Assembly: GCA_043750455.1 (NCBI GenBank)
Contig: JAYVBN010000094.1
Span: forward strand, 1-54,277
Length of the DNA stretch: 54,277 nucleotides
Direction: 5' to 3'
DNA from: Bacteroidia bacterium
Lineage (GTDB): Bacteria; Bacteroidota; Bacteroidia; Cytophagales; Cyclobacteriaceae
Shown: positions 29,232-40,500 of the stretch, piece after piece
Position numbering within the stretch: position 1 is the stretch's first letter
Layout of the letters: each line of letters opens with the position of its first letter
Position numbers and translations under genes: made by a program
The notes under the pieces: generated by a model
Seen by the model: only the letters and a program-made list of their open reading frames with translations
Database searches by the model: none
Told to the model about the DNA's origin: nothing

Positions 29232-29810
29232 TTATTTTTTAACGGCAACAATTATTCCTGTTGCCCAAACTTGCTTTGTTAATCTTAAATCAGTTCTCTT
29301 CTCCAGCAGGTTCACCAGGTTGATTGCTTTTTCATGGTGACCTTCAGGCCAGTTAAGTTGGGGAAGCATGTCGTCTATAATATAGAGCCCTCCCTTATTT
29401 AACATCGTCAAGACTTCATCTAGAAGAAGATATTTTCCATGCCAGGTATCAGCAAAGATGTAATCGTATTTTTGGTTACGATTTCTTTCCACCCATTCTC
29501 CACCATCTGTGCAGATAAGCTTTAAGCGCTTATCATTTCCTAAAGATGATTGAGCGATTTCCAGAAACTTCGGATCGTTGTCGATTGAAGTGAGTGTCGA
29601 ACTTTCATCCATGCCATCCAGTATCCACGAAGTCGATAAGCCTGTGCCTGTTCCAAGTTCAATAAATTTGCTTCTTGGCTTTGAGCTCGCTAATGTTCTC
29701 AGCAATGAACATGTCAATACATCAGACGCCATGGTAAAGCCAGAGAGCTTTGTGGCTTCGTTGATGGTGTTGTAAGCTTTTGGAAATTGTTGATGGATTG
29801 TCTCTATCAT
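29232..29810 (-). CDS. Class I SAM-dependent (O-)methyltransferase
   Basis: ELGTGTGLS motif I, IFAD, KGGLYIIDD. Confidence 0.85.
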   Translation of the reverse strand: MIETIHQQFPKAYNTINEATKLSGFTMASDVLTCSLLRTLASSKPRSKFIELGTGTGLSTSWILDGMDESSTLTSIDNDPKFLEIAQSSLGNDKRLKLICTDGGEWVERNRNQKYDYIFADTWHGKYLLLDEVLTMLNKGGLYIIDDMLPQLNWPEGHHEKAINLVNLLEKRTDLRLTKQVWATGIIVAVKK

Positions 29811-29872
29811 TCGTTGTTGGTTGTTCGTTTTTGGTTACTCGCAATTAACGAACAACCGATAACGAGCAACGA
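29811..29872. repeat. Heptamer-repeat hairpin, copy 3 (ilvC-methyltransferase spacer)
   Basis: TCGTTGT TGGTTGT TCGTTTT TGGTTAC..TAACGA ACAACCG ATAACGA GCAACGA. Confidence 0.8.
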
Positions 29873-29873
29873 T

Positions 29874-30944
29874 CTAATTAATCATGCTTGCTTCAACACT
29901 TGCTTTTTCAGGTCTCAGTTTTCTAACGGCTGCACCTGCTTGCCACAATTCGCTTTCGCGAACTTCTTTCAATTCTTCAGCTAGCTTTTCGCGATAGTCT
30001 GGTTTGCTACACGTTTCGATTGTGCGTTTTGCTTCCGCACCACTCGCTACGCTATCATAAAGTTCTTTAAACACGGGAAGTGTTGCCGCCTTGAATTTCT
30101 TTTTCCAATCCAATGCGCCACGTTGCGCGGTAGTTGAGCAGTTCGCGTACATCCAATCCATTCCGTTCTCGGCAACGAGTGGCATTAAACTTTGTGTGAG
30201 CTCTTCAACTGTTTCATTGAATGCTTCAGATGGAGTATGTCCTTTTGAACGAAGCACTTCGTATTGTGCTTCGAAAATTCCAGCAATAGCGCCCATCAGC
30301 GTTCCGCGTTCACCAGTTAAATCTGAATACACTTCTTTTTTGAAATCGGTTTCAAAAAGATAACCAGCACCCACACCGATACCTAATGCAATAGCTTTCT
30401 CAGTCGCTTTACCACTGGCATCTTGAAATACTGCATAACTCGCATTAATACCTTTTCCTTGCAAAAATAATCTGCGCACCGAAGTGCCAGAGCCTTTAGG
30501 GGCGGCCAAAATAACATCTATATCTGTAGGAGGTATAATGCCGGTTTGTTCTTTGAAAGTAATTCCAAAGCCGTGTGAAAAATATAGTGTCTTGCCGGTA
30601 GTCAGAAATGGTTTCAGCGTTGGCCAGGCGGCAATTTGCCCTGCATCTGATAATAGAAATTGAACGATCGTACCGCGCTTTGCGGCCTCGTTAATTTCAA
30701 ACAATGTTTCACCGGGAACCCAACCATGCGCAACAGCTTTATCCCATGTTTTGGAACCTTTGCGTTGTCCAACAATTACGTTGAATCCATTGTCACGCAA
30801 ATTCAGCGCCTGTGCCGGACCTTGTACACCGTATCCAATTATTGCGATGGTTTCTTTTTTTAAAACACCCAATGCTTTTTCCATTGGAAACTCTTCACGC
30901 GTAACTACTTCTTCCAGTGTTCCGCCAAAATTGATCTTTGCCAT
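29874..30944 (-). CDS. ilvC: Ketol-acid reductoisomerase
   Basis: GYGVQG, FSHGF, APKGSG, SDLTGER, CSTTAQRG. Confidence 0.95.
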   Translation of the reverse strand: MAKINFGGTLEEVVTREEFPMEKALGVLKKETIAIIGYGVQGPAQALNLRDNGFNVIVGQRKGSKTWDKAVAHGWVPGETLFEINEAAKRGTIVQFLLSDAGQIAAWPTLKPFLTTGKTLYFSHGFGITFKEQTGIIPPTDIDVILAAPKGSGTSVRRLFLQGKGINASYAVFQDASGKATEKAIALGIGVGAGYLFETDFKKEVYSDLTGERGTLMGAIAGIFEAQYEVLRSKGHTPSEAFNETVEELTQSLMPLVAENGMDWMYANCSTTAQRGALDWKKKFKAATLPVFKELYDSVASGAEAKRTIETCSKPDYREKLAEELKEVRESELWQAGAAVRKLRPEKASVEASMIN

Positions 30945-30996
30945 TTTTTTAGTTTATTAGTTATTATTGTTCGGTTAAAGATTATTCATTTGTTGG

Positions 30997-31076
30997 GCGG
31001 CAGCCGGGCTATCCGCTACAAGTCCGTCTGCGCTTAATCCAACGCACTTCGGGCTTTTCGCTACTATCCCTGCCGC
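30997..31076 (-). ncRNA. Structured repeat RNA element resembling Flavo-1, compact copy
   Basis: Minus strand GCGGCAG GGATAGTAGCGAAAAGCCC...GACTTGTAGCGGATAGCCC..CTGCCGC with 7-bp closing stem. Confidence 0.55.
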
Positions 31077-31080
31077 GAGG

Positions 31081-31371
31081 TTAGTCCACATCCACAATTT
31101 TTTCGCTGAGTTCAAAATAAAGATTACTTCCTTCATAGGCCTTTACGCTCTCCACTTCAATTAATTTTTCTAATTGCACAGTCACTTTTTCAATCATATC
31201 GTGCGTGGTAAAAAGCAACATGATCACTCCACCTCTTCGAAAATCATTTTCATTTTCGTGAGCCATCAGTTTTTTGATCCTTACTCTTCTCCGGTTTAAA
31301 ATATTGATGATCCTATTCAGGACAGAAAAATTATTGTCGGATGTCAGCTCTAGTGTGAATTCTTGTTTCAT
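31081..31371 (-). CDS. ilvN: Acetolactate synthase regulatory subunit (short ACT domain)
   Basis: VLNRIINILNRRR, QLEKLIEV; position between ilvB and ilvC. Confidence 0.8.
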   Translation of the reverse strand: MKQEFTLELTSDNNFSVLNRIINILNRRRVRIKKLMAHENENDFRRGGVIMLLFTTHDMIEKVTVQLEKLIEVESVKAYEGSNLYFELSEKIVDVD

Positions 31372-31378
31372 GCAAGCC

Positions 31379-33133
31379 TTATTTTTTTGGTATTTCCAAT
31401 ATTACTTCGCCAACACCCGCCCCTGCTGGAACCATGGGAAACACGTTATCTTCTTTTCCAACAACAACCTCTAAGAAATAAGGTGTTTTGGCTTCCAACA
31501 TTTCGCGTATGCCATCCTGCAGATCTTCTCTCGCAACAACTTTACGAGCAGGAATAGAATATGCCTCGGCAATTTTTATGAAATCCGGATTGATCATTTC
31601 TGTAAATGAATATCGTTTCTCATGAAAGAGTTGCTGCCATTGGCGCACCATTCCCAGGAAACTATTATTTAATACGATGATCTTCACAGGAATTTTATAC
31701 TGCATGATGGTACCCAATTCTTGTACGGTCATTTGATATCCACCATCGCCAATAACCGCTACAACTTGTTGTTTTGGCAATGCGAGTTTAGCGCCCATCG
31801 CAGCAGGTAACGCAAAGCCCATGGTACCAGCTCCACCTGAGGTGACGTTTGTTCTGGGATTCTTAAATTGATAATAGCGAGAAGCTGTCATTTGATGCTG
31901 ACCAACATCCGTTACTAGTATCGCCTCTCCATTTGTTTGGTTGGACAAATGGTTAATTGCTTCACCCATCTTTATTTCACCAGTGGAATTGAATTCGTGG
32001 TGGATGACCTTATCGTATTCTTCCTGATTGAGTTTACGAAAGCTATTGATCCATTCTGTATGTTGGCCTGGCTGAACTAATTTTGTTAATGCCTCTAATG
32101 CCTCTTTGGCATCCGCATTGACGGCAACATCTGCTCTAATTATTTTATTGATTTCGGCTCTGTCAATTTCGATGTGAATGACTTTGGCTTGCTTGGCATA
32201 TTTGCTTACGTTTCCCGTTACCCGATCATCGAAGCGCATACCCACAGCAATGAGTACATCGCACTCATTTGTTTTAATATTTGGCCCATAGTTGCCATGC
32301 ATGCCCAGGTATCCAACATAATTTACATGATCGGTTGGAAAAGCGCCCAGCCCAAGCAATGTGCTTGCCACAGGAATGCCTGTCTTTTCGGAGAAGGCAA
32401 TTAATTCTTTTGAAGCACCTGAAAGTAAAATTCCTTGTCCGGCAAGTATATAAGGTTTTTTCGCTTTGTTAATTAATTCTGCTGCTGCTTCAACTTGCAA
32501 TAGTTGCAAAGCAGGTTTCGGTTTATATGTGCGAATACTTTCACACTTTTTATATTCCTGAAAATCGAATATTTCGTTCTGGGCATTTTTTGTAATGTCA
32601 ATCAACACAGGGCCGGGTCGTCCTGTTGTTGCAATATGAAATGCTTTTGCAACAGCATCAGCAATATCTTTTGCTTCTGTTACCTGCACATTCCATTTGG
32701 TAACAGGAATGGTAGTATTGATAACATCTGTTTCCTGAAATGCATCTGTACCTAATAAATGAGCAAATACTTGACCCGTTATACATACCAAAGGGGTTGA
32801 ATCAATTAACGCGTCTGCTAATCCTGTAACAAGATTTGTTGCGCCTGGGCCAGATGTTGCGAATACTATTCCTGGTCGACCGGACACACGAGCAAAACCT
32901 TGTGCGGCATGAATAGCTCCCTGCTCATGTCGCACTAGTATGTGTGTGAGTTGATCTGAATAATGATACAAGGCATCATAAATCGGCATGATTGCACCAC
33001 CTGGATATCCAAAAATGGTATCCACCTTTTCGGCTACAAGGCAACGCAACAAAGCTTCCGATCCAGAAATCTTTTCTTGGGTTGGCACAACAACTCTTTC
33101 TTTTTCTTTAGTCTTCGTCAGTAACGCATCCAT
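31379..33133 (-). CDS. ilvB: Acetolactate synthase large subunit
   Basis: [27 protein letters not shown]. Confidence 0.96.
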   Translation of the reverse strand: MDALLTKTKEKERVVVPTQEKISGSEALLRCLVAEKVDTIFGYPGGAIMPIYDALYHYSDQLTHILVRHEQGAIHAAQGFARVSGRPGIVFATSGPGATNLVTGLADALIDSTPLVCITGQVFAHLLGTDAFQETDVINTTIPVTKWNVQVTEAKDIADAVAKAFHIATTGRPGPVLIDITKNAQNEIFDFQEYKKCESIRTYKPKPALQLLQVEAAAELINKAKKPYILAGQGILLSGASKELIAFSEKTGIPVASTLLGLGAFPTDHVNYVGYLGMHGNYGPNIKTNECDVLIAVGMRFDDRVTGNVSKYAKQAKVIHIEIDRAEINKIIRADVAVNADAKEALEALTKLVQPGQHTEWINSFRKLNQEEYDKVIHHEFNSTGEIKMGEAINHLSNQTNGEAILVTDVGQHQMTASRYYQFKNPRTNVTSGGAGTMGFALPAAMGAKLALPKQQVVAVIGDGGYQMTVQELGTIMQYKIPVKIIVLNNSFLGMVRQWQQLFHEKRYSFTEMINPDFIKIAEAYSIPARKVVAREDLQDGIREMLEAKTPYFLEVVVGKEDNVFPMVPAGAGVGEVILEIPKK

Positions 33134-34787
33134 CGGCTGCAGTTTTTACGTGTTTGGCATATTTATATAAAACACCACTAGTCACGCGAAGTGAAGGTGC
33201 TTTGTAATGCGACCTTCTTATCGCAATTGTTTTTTCATCTACAAGTAAATTGATCTGATGCTTCTTCACATCAATTTCAATCCAGTCATTATCTTCCACT
33301 AATCCAATCAATCCTCCCTCAAACGCTTCAGGTGTTATGTGGCCGATTACAAATCCATGCGATCCTCCTGAAAATCTTCCATCGGTAATCAACGCAACAC
33401 TTTTACCAAGACCAGAACCCATGATCAAACTTGTGGGCTTTAACATTTCAGGCATACCTGGTGCTCCTTTCGGACCTACATTGCGTATAACCACTACATC
33501 GCCCTCTTTTATTCTGCCAGACTTAACTCCTTCCACCACATCAAACTCACCATTAAAAACCCGAGCAGTTCCTTTAAATCTTTCTCCTTCCTTCCCTGTG
33601 ATTTTTGCAACAGATCCTTTCTCTGCAAGATTTCCATAAAGAATCTGTATGTGACCTGTTTTTTTTATTGCCCTTTCAAAGGGGACAATAATATCTTGCT
33701 TTTCGAAATCCAGATCCCTGGCGTTTGCTACATTTTCGGCAATGGTTTTTCCTGTTACTGTAATGCAATCGCCATGCAGGAATCCTTTTTGCAACATATA
33801 TTTCATTACAGAAGGAACACCTCCAACGTTGTGAAGCGCTTCCATTAGATATTTTCCACTAGGTTTCAAATCTGCAATAAGCGGGGTTTTGTCAGAAATG
33901 CGCTGAAAATCCTCTTGGTTGATTTTGATGCCTACACACTGAGCCATTGCAATTAAATGAAGTACGGCATTGGTTGAGCCGCCCAACACCATGACAATAG
34001 TGATTGCATTTTCAAATGCCTTGATGGTCATGATGTCTCTCGGCTTCAAATCTTTTTCTAATAACAACCGAATTGCTTTTCCCGCCTCTTCACACTCGGC
34101 TGATTTCTCTTTACTCAATGCGGGATTAGAAGAGGAGTAGGGTAGCGCCATTCCCAATGCTTCGATGGCAGAAGCCATTGTATTGGCAGTATACATACCG
34201 CCACATGCGCCTGCTCCTGGACAAGAATTTTGTATGATGCCTTTAAAATCTTCTTCTGAAAGTTTGCCTTGCATTTTTTCGCCCAATGCTTCAAACGAAG
34301 AAATAATATTCAATTCTTTTCCCTTGTAATGACCGCCAGCAATAGTACCACCGTAAACCATAATGGCCGGCCGATTTAATCTGCCCATAGCCATCACCGA
34401 GCCAGGCATATTTTTATCGCAGCCTACAATGGCAATAAGTCCGTCATAGTGTTGAGCGCCACAAACCGTCTCGATAGAATCTGCAATTACTTCACGGCTC
34501 ACCAATGAATAGCGCATGCCTTCGGTACCATTGGCAATCCCATCGCTAACTCCAATGGTATGAAAAACCAAACCGACAAGTTCCTGAGCCCAGACACCTT
34601 TTTTAACTTCTTGTGCCAATCCATTCAAATGCATGTTACACGTATTGCCATCGTAGCCTGTGCTTACAATACCAACTTGCGCTTTTTTCAAATCTTGTTC
34701 CGTCAAACCAATTCCATACAGCATCGCCTGAGATGCAGGCAGTGTCATGTCTTGGGTGATGGTTTTGCTATACTTGTTTAATTCCAT
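33108..34787 (-). CDS. ilvD: Dihydroxy-acid dehydratase
   Basis: [27 protein letters not shown]. Confidence 0.96.
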   Translation of the reverse strand: MELNKYSKTITQDMTLPASQAMLYGIGLTEQDLKKAQVGIVSTGYDGNTCNMHLNGLAQEVKKGVWAQELVGLVFHTIGVSDGIANGTEGMRYSLVSREVIADSIETVCGAQHYDGLIAIVGCDKNMPGSVMAMGRLNRPAIMVYGGTIAGGHYKGKELNIISSFEALGEKMQGKLSEEDFKGIIQNSCPGAGACGGMYTANTMASAIEALGMALPYSSSNPALSKEKSAECEEAGKAIRLLLEKDLKPRDIMTIKAFENAITIVMVLGGSTNAVLHLIAMAQCVGIKINQEDFQRISDKTPLIADLKPSGKYLMEALHNVGGVPSVMKYMLQKGFLHGDCITVTGKTIAENVANARDLDFEKQDIIVPFERAIKKTGHIQILYGNLAEKGSVAKITGKEGERFKGTARVFNGEFDVVEGVKSGRIKEGDVVVIRNVGPKGAPGMPEMLKPTSLIMGSGLGKSVALITDGRFSGGSHGFVIGHITPEAFEGGLIGLVEDNDWIEIDVKKHQINLLVDEKTIAIRRSHYKAPSLRVTSGVLYKYAKHVKTAADGCVTDED

Positions 34788-34792
34788 ATATA

Positions 34793-34857
34793 TCGTTGGT
34801 GGTTATTGGTTGGTCGTTGTTGGGTTCGAATAACTAACAACGATCAACTAACAAATA
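34793..34857. repeat. Heptamer-repeat hairpin, copy 4 (ilvE-ilvD spacer)
   Basis: TCGTTGG TGGTTAT TGGTTGG TCGTTGT..ATAACTA ACAACGA TCAACTA ACAAATA. Confidence 0.75.
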
Positions 34858-34859
34858 TT

Positions 34860-35747
34860 CTATACAATTACATACGAGTAACTCTTGTCCAATACTATGC
34901 TTCTATAGGTATCACGGATCAGTGCACTCATAGAGTCTTTCCATGGTTTATTCAGGGGTTGACCTTCAATAGATTCGATAGCTACAATCTCATTCATCGT
35001 ACTACAGAAGAAGGCACTGTCGGCTTCGAATAATTCTTCTGGTCTGAAATATTTTTCAACAATTGGAATTTCCAACTGATCACAAATGTCGATAACTGTT
35101 TTGCGTGTGATGCCTGGTAAAATACTTTCTGGTGGTGGCGTGTACATCACTCCGTCTTTCTCATAAAAGAAATTGGCTCCGGGCCCTTCGGCAACGAAGC
35201 CACTCAAATCGAGGAGGAGTCCATCGTCAAAGCCACGTTTCTTCGCTTCCGTTGTAGCTAAGATGGAGTTTACATACAAGCCGCAAACCTTGGCTTCCAT
35301 CGTTACCGCCTTTGGGTTAGGGCGCTGAAACGAGGAGATGCACACACGAGCAGGTTTTAAAGTAATGTGCTGATCAACTTCCCAAGCTGTGATCATTAAC
35401 GATACTCCGTTGGGAGAAGTCAACGCCATATTAGGACTGCAAAAGACTAGCGGACGAATGTAGGCGTTAGACAAATTGTTTTTTTCTAATACCTGATACG
35501 TAATCTGCGAAAGTTCTTCGGCACTGTAGTGAAAAGGTATGCCCATCAGTTTGCAACTTCTCTTAAGGCGTTCATAGTGTTCTATTGCCTTGAAGGTTTT
35601 GATTCCGTTCACTGTTTCGTAAGAACGGATTCCCTCAAACACACCATAGCCGTAGTGTAAAGTCTGACCAAATAGATCGGTCTTAGCGTCCTTCGCTTTC
35701 ACGTATTTTCCATCCAGAAAAAGAACCGTGTTGTCGTTGTAATACAT
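34860..35747 (-). CDS. ilvE: Branched-chain amino acid aminotransferase (PLP fold IV), divergent motifs
   Basis: LHYGYGVFEG, YIRP, KVCGLY, EGPGAN, ILPGITR; first gene of the ilv operon. Confidence 0.85.
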   Translation of the reverse strand: MYYNDNTVLFLDGKYVKAKDAKTDLFGQTLHYGYGVFEGIRSYETVNGIKTFKAIEHYERLKRSCKLMGIPFHYSAEELSQITYQVLEKNNLSNAYIRPLVFCSPNMALTSPNGVSLMITAWEVDQHITLKPARVCISSFQRPNPKAVTMEAKVCGLYVNSILATTEAKKRGFDDGLLLDLSGFVAEGPGANFFYEKDGVMYTPPPESILPGITRKTVIDICDQLEIPIVEKYFRPEELFEADSAFFCSTMNEIVAIESIEGQPLNKPWKDSMSALIRDTYRSIVLDKSYSYVIV

Positions 35748-35785
35748 ATATTTTAAAACAATCGTTAGTTTGTTGTAATTCCTAT

Positions 35786-35821
35786 AAAATAAAACCGCCC
35801 CGATTTTGGCCGGGGCGGTTT
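35786..35821 (-). terminator. Attenuator terminator of the ilv operon
   Basis: Minus strand AAACCGCCCCG-GCCAAAAT-CGGGGCGGTTT then TATTTT. Confidence 0.85.
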
Positions 35822-35843
35822 GACAATGCTTTTTACAATATCG

Positions 35844-35945
35844 TCAGCGCCCTGGTTTTCGGAGAATAATGACGTTAATGAGCACAAGTTCACTATTGAT
35901 CGAATTGACCAGAGCGTTTAATCCGTATGAAGTTGTTTGGTTCAT
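35844..35945 (-). CDS. ilv operon leader peptide (33 aa)
   Basis: MNQTTSYGLNALVNSINSELVLINVIILRKPGR*; 8 of 9 consecutive codons are Leu/Val/Ile; directly before the terminator. Confidence 0.8.
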   Translation of the reverse strand: MNQTTSYGLNALVNSINSELVLINVIILRKPGR

Positions 35946-36125
35946 TACTTTTCTTGTGCCGTAGTGCAAGATGGCAAAATTTTACATTGAGATTGCACGA
36001 AAAGGAAGAAAAAAGTTTGCATCAGATGTAACGAATGTTAGGTAGAAGGGTAATATTTCGACCATACTATCTGCTCAGATTTTATGCGTATAGTATAGGT
36101 ACGTGCAAAAACTTTATGCACTAGG

Positions 36126-37427
36126 TCAAGACCCTAGATACTCCACAATCCCATCCCTGATTGCCGTAAAAGTTTTAATCAACGTTTCTTCTTTTTCCTC
36201 CAACAAAGTCACACGGAAACCTTGTAGTTCAGAACAAAAGGAAGATATAGGGACAACACAAATTCCTTTCGCGCCAAGCAAGTAATAAACAAACCGTTTG
36301 TCGAGGGGCATTTCTTCGGCTGTCCAGGTTTCTACTAGAAGCTTGATTTTTAAGTCTTGAATTTTTAATGTTTGATGTTGTTTCAACGTGCCTTCGCGGA
36401 AGATGATAGTATTGTAAAAGGCACCAAATGTTTCGTTGAATGTTAATTGAGGAACGGTATGAAGAATGTCGGCAATAATTTTACTGCGCCTGCCAATGTT
36501 CTGATTTGTTTCTTCTCTATATATTTTGAAACGGGGATCGCCCAGAATTTTTGGAATGGCTAACTGGGGAAGTTTAGTAGAACACACCTCAATCATTTTT
36601 GCATTGTCAATGGCCTGACACAGGCGATTGAAGTCTCCGTCCTTTTCGCGGTTGTAATACTCCATCCAGCCACAGCGCGCACCCGGCCACGGCAGTTCTT
36701 TCGAAATGCCTTTCATGGAGATCCCTGGAATATCTTCAATGACTTCAGCCAATGCATAGGCCCGTGCTCCATTGTAGGTAATGTTCAGATAGATTTCATC
36801 ACACACCAAAAAAAGTTTGAACTCACGTGCTATCTCGACAATCCTTTTTAATGTTTCGTACGGATACACCATACCAGTTGGATTATCCGGGTTGATAATC
36901 AATATGCCGACAACATTTGGATTGTACTTTACTTTGTTATAAAGATCATCCAGGTCAGGATACCATTTGTTGTTGGGATCGAGTTTGTAGGTAAGAGGTT
37001 CATGACTGGCATGCGCAGCTTCTGCACTGGAATGCGTGGAGTAGGCAGGTGAAGGACCAATGATGCGCGAAGTGGGTGTAATATACTGATACACTTTCGC
37101 GATAGCATCGCCAAGTCCGTTGAAAAAGCAAATATCTTCTGGTGTTATCTGTGCACCCTTTCGCAAATTATTTTGCCCGGCTAAAAACTTTCGTGTTTCT
37201 AAAATTCCTTTAGAGGGACAATAGCTATAGGTTTCGTTTTGCAACACAAGATCCGCAATGATTTGTTTGATCCATTGCGGAAGCAAATGATTTTTTTGAA
37301 TGGGGTCGCCAATATTTTCCCAACAGATTTCCTTGCCCAGATTTTTGATCTGCTCAGCTTTCTTTACGATCTCCCTAATTTCGTAACTGAGTTCTTTTGC
37401 TCCTTCACTTAGTAATTGTTGACGCAT
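36126..37427 (-). CDS. PLP-dependent aminotransferase class I/II (AlaA-like)
   Basis: LSYEIR, NIGDP, NPDNPTG, DEIY, SKELPWPGARCGW. Confidence 0.88.
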   Translation of the reverse strand: MRQQLLSEGAKELSYEIREIVKKAEQIKNLGKEICWENIGDPIQKNHLLPQWIKQIIADLVLQNETYSYCPSKGILETRKFLAGQNNLRKGAQITPEDICFFNGLGDAIAKVYQYITPTSRIIGPSPAYSTHSSAEAAHASHEPLTYKLDPNNKWYPDLDDLYNKVKYNPNVVGILIINPDNPTGMVYPYETLKRIVEIAREFKLFLVCDEIYLNITYNGARAYALAEVIEDIPGISMKGISKELPWPGARCGWMEYYNREKDGDFNRLCQAIDNAKMIEVCSTKLPQLAIPKILGDPRFKIYREETNQNIGRRSKIIADILHTVPQLTFNETFGAFYNTIIFREGTLKQHQTLKIQDLKIKLLVETWTAEEMPLDKRFVYYLLGAKGICVVPISSFCSELQGFRVTLLEEKEETLIKTFTAIRDGIVEYLGS

Positions 37428-37433
37428 AATATT

Positions 37434-37464
37434 AGTCCACAGTATTCAGTCGATAGTCCACAGT
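37434..37464. repeat. 7-bp tandem repeat (AGTCCAC-like) x4
   Basis: AGTCCAC AGTATTC AGTCGAT AGTCCAC AGT. Confidence 0.6.
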
Positions 37465-37534
37465 TAGATTGACTGGCTTTTGAAATTCGAAAGTAAAGTT
37501 TAGTTGAATAGATAACAAAGATTGGATGACAAAA

Positions 37535-40500
37535 TCAGGCTTGGGCTTTTTCATTTGTGAATTCAGCGAACGCCTGATCAGCGCGCTTACTAACCATCGG
37601 TAGTTTGTCCATCCAATGAACATCGATTGTATAGACTCCAAAATCCTCAATCACTTTTCCTTTTATGTCATAAAAACCGCGGCCACGGAAAGGGAACTTC
37701 CTGGCAGAGTTGGGGAAGTGAACGGTATCAAAGACCTTTCCATGCACATCGTAAAAAGTGCCGAATGCCATATGCTCGTTCTTCTTCTTAGTATAAGCGT
37801 CCTTTGTGGTAACGATGTATCCTACAATGTGTATGTGCTTTCCATTTTTATAAGGCAACTCGGTTGCTATTGCGTCACCATAAGATGAAGTAGCTAACAG
37901 GTCAAACGGATTGCAAAGCGGAAAGCCTAGTAATTCGATTTCATCAAAGGCATCCTCTAATACACTGCGCTGAAGTACAGGCAGAGGATATTCTTTGGGT
38001 TCGGTATCAAACAGGTTAGCATTGGTGGAGATGCAAGATTTTGACTCTTTGCGTGCACCAAAGTGAAGCATTGATTCCCACAGAAGTTGCTGTTTGGTTT
38101 TACCTGTGAACCGGAAAGCCCCCAGCCGAATGAGAATGCGAAGTTGTTCCAATCCTATACCTTGTATTCTTCTTAAAAAATTATCGAAACTTGTGTAGGC
38201 ACTATTTTTATTCCTATCAGAAAAGATTTGTTGACCAATCTTCGTGTCCAGGCTCTTCAGGTGTACAAAGCCGATGTAAATTTTATTTCCTTCGATGGTA
38301 GTAAGGTATTCGCTGTGATTCACACACGGAGGTTCAATCTGCGCGCCATTCATGCGAGCTTCATGAAAATAAAATTCGGTGCGATAAAATCCTCCGAAGT
38401 TGTTGATCACGCCTACCATAAACTCTAATGGATGATAAGCCTTTAGAAACAAACTCTGATAACTTTCCACTGCATAGCTGGCCGAGTGACCTTTTGCAAA
38501 AGAGTATCCTGCAAAACTTTCGATCTCTTCCCAAACACGATTAATAACTCGGGGTTCGTATCCAATGCGATTACAATTGTAAAAAAACTGATCGCGCACA
38601 CGCAGAAACTCTTCGCGCGAACGATATTTGCCCGACATGCCTCTGCGTAATACATCGGCTTCTGTTAACGTAAGTTCAGCAAAATGATGAGCTACACGAA
38701 TCACATCTTCCTGATACACCATCACACCATAGGTATCTTTCATAATCTCATCCATCTTGGGATGTATGGACGTATAAGTGCCTCCGTTGCGCACGGCATG
38801 AAAACGTTCGATGTATGTTTTCATCATTCCCGAACTGGCCACACCAGGGCGAATGATCGAACTCGCAGCTACCAGCGTTAGGTAGTCATCGCACCGCAAT
38901 TTCCCTAGTAACATGCGTGTGGCCGGTGACTCCACATAGAAGCAACCCATTGCTTTGCTATTGCGCATGAGGTCTTTTATTTTCTCGTCTTCTTTGAATT
39001 TTTTGAACTGATAAACATCAATATCAACTCCTTTATTTTTTTTGACTTGTTTCACCGTCTCTTTGATATGACCAAGTCCGCGCTGACTGAGTATATCAAA
39101 CTTGTAGATGCCAAAGTCTTCGGCCATGTGCATTTCAAATTGTGATACGGGCAATCCTTTGGGTGGAAGCTCTGTTGCCGTGTAGGCGTAGATGGGTTTT
39201 TCGGTGATTAATACTCCACCTGCATGAATGGAAATATTTGATGGCAACTCTTTGGAAACAATATATTTTGCATAGCTGTCAACCATTTTACCAATGTGAT
39301 CGCGAGGCAAGTCTGTAATTTTCCGATTTTCTACCAACTCATCAATTTCTTCTTTTGGTAAACCAAAGACCTTAGCAAGCTCGCGCATGATGGATTTTTC
39401 CTTATAGGTCACATGTGTACCAAGAAGACATACATGATCATAACCATATTTTTTGAAAAAATAATCGTAGATCGCATCGCGATTGTCCCATGAGAAATCA
39501 ATGTCAAAATCGGGAGGAGAAACACGTTCTTCGTTCAGAAAGCGTTCAAAGTAAAGATCCAGTTCGATCGGATCTACATTGGTAATGCCCAGGCAATAAG
39601 CAACCGTGCTATTCGCTCCGCTGCCGCGACCTACGTAATCAAAGCCCTGGCTTTTGGCATAGTTGATCAAGTCGTATGTGATAAGGTAATAAGCAGTAAA
39701 TTTTTTTTTAGCTATGATTCGTAATTCCTTTTCAATACGATCGGTCCAGATTTTACCATCAACGTCCTTTGCCTGATAAATTCTTTTGTACCCCTCAAGG
39801 GTTTTATTTCTTAAGTATTGTAAATCCTCTTCAGTAGTCTTAAAATAACTCTTTCTGTTTTTGTCTTCGCCCAACTTGCATTCAATTGAGCATTGATCAA
39901 GTAATGACTTAGCATTTCGTAGTAGGTTAGGAAATTGTTCAAACTTCTTTTCCAAATCGTGTTCTGATAACATGAACTCTTCCTTACGTGCCTGATGATG
40001 TTCGGGAAGTTTGCTCAATAAGGTGTTTGTAGCTATGCAGCGCAACAAACGATGTGTGTTATGATCGCGATAAACTATTTTTTCTTTTTTGGTTTCCTTG
40101 TTCTTAATTTTTTCGGGAGGAACGAATGTGACCGAATGGAGTAACACAAATTTGTGCTCATACTTCTTGCGCTGGGAATAGATTGTGTATGAAGAAAGAT
40201 CGTTTTGACAAACACCAATGTATTCGTATTCTCTTAATTGATCAGCTTCGATTTTACCAAAAGGGTAAATCACAAACACGTGGTCGAACTCTGGAGCGCG
40301 AGTTGGAAATGGTTTTGATTCGCGGTTATGAAAAGAAAGAAAACGGTTGAGGGTTTCAAAACCCTCATTGTTTTTAGCAAGGGCGATGTAAAGAGGTGTG
40401 CAGGTATGAGAATCAACTGGATTTTCTGGTTGTTTGTCAGGTGTGTTTCTGAACTCAACACCTACAGCAATGTTTAGATGGTAAGCTTCTTTACCAAATT

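Noticed and set aside
24615-34857. Repeat arrays as CRISPR
   Set aside because: Units are 7 bp with no unique spacers, and there are no cas genes
37432-37650. 72-aa ORF as a gene
   Set aside because: Overlaps the dnaE2 3' end out of frame and ends in a heptamer array
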